From: Bacteroidota bacterium
GTDB lineage: Bacteria > Bacteroidota > Bacteroidia > Chitinophagales > Saprospiraceae
Assembly: GCA_039024375.1 (NCBI GenBank)
Contig: JBCCQK010000001.1
Span: 1 to 60,114, forward strand
Length of the DNA stretch: 60,114 nucleotides
Reading direction: 5' to 3'
In this document: piece by piece, positions 60,007 through 60,114 of the stretch
Numbering within the stretch: position 1 is the stretch's first letter
Layout: each line of letters starts with the position of its first letter
Made by a program: the position numbers and the translations under genes
Notes under the pieces: model-generated
Database searches by the model: none
What the model saw: only the letters and a program-made list of their open reading frames with translations
What the model was told of the DNA's origin: nothing

Positions 60007-60114
60007 TTCATAAAATGCTAAAAACTAAACATTCGAATTAAAAAGCAAGTGGTAGCTTTAACGGCAAGAAAATGGATAAGTTAATCAATTGATAAAGAAT
60101 ATTTTACATTTTTC

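Overview
This 60.1-kb chromosomal window has gene content typical of Bacteroidota, probably Cytophagales-like. That inference rests on a T9SS C-terminal sorting domain, three ECF sigma factors, double-FtsX permease paralogs and lipoprotein-type signal peptides. I found no rRNA, tRNA, tmRNA, CRISPR array, integrase or transposase. The window has three blocks. (1) 431-20714 holds a minus-strand HExxH/TPR protease, anti-sigma and ECF sigma module, divergent from six tandem plus-strand paralogs of ~790-810-aa double-FtsX (MacB-like) ABC permeases. No ABC ATPase gene occurs anywhere in the window. The spacers between the permease genes are filled with nested palindromic repeats. (2) 20837-39459 holds housekeeping and accessory genes: dps, an MBL hydrolase, a methyltransferase, a second ECF sigma with a membrane protein, a Smr protein, an AAA ATPase, a creatininase/amidase pair, lipoproteins, a third ECF sigma, smpB, a GH3-beta-lactamase fusion and rlmN. 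(3) 39478-57390 holds two giant minus-strand genes. One is a 1,977-aa T9SS-secreted multidomain protein. The other is a 3,858-aa single-ORF hybrid NRPS-PKS with the string A-PCP-ST-KS-AT-ACP-AMT-C-A-PCP-TE. It carries a CurM/OLS-type sulfotransferase-like domain between the loading PCP and the KS, and a PLP aminotransferase domain after a non-reducing PKS module. This megasynthase is my best candidate for an undescribed system; it has no accessory biosynthetic genes around it. A secondary theme is the abundance of several families of short-period (often 7-nt) palindromic intergenic elements. These include a ~330-390-bp nested palindrome present twice with concordant three-site substitutions, and a heptamer-periodic leader shared by one permease gene and the NRPS-PKS gene. 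All domain and motif calls come from hand translation and motif recognition. No database search was possible.
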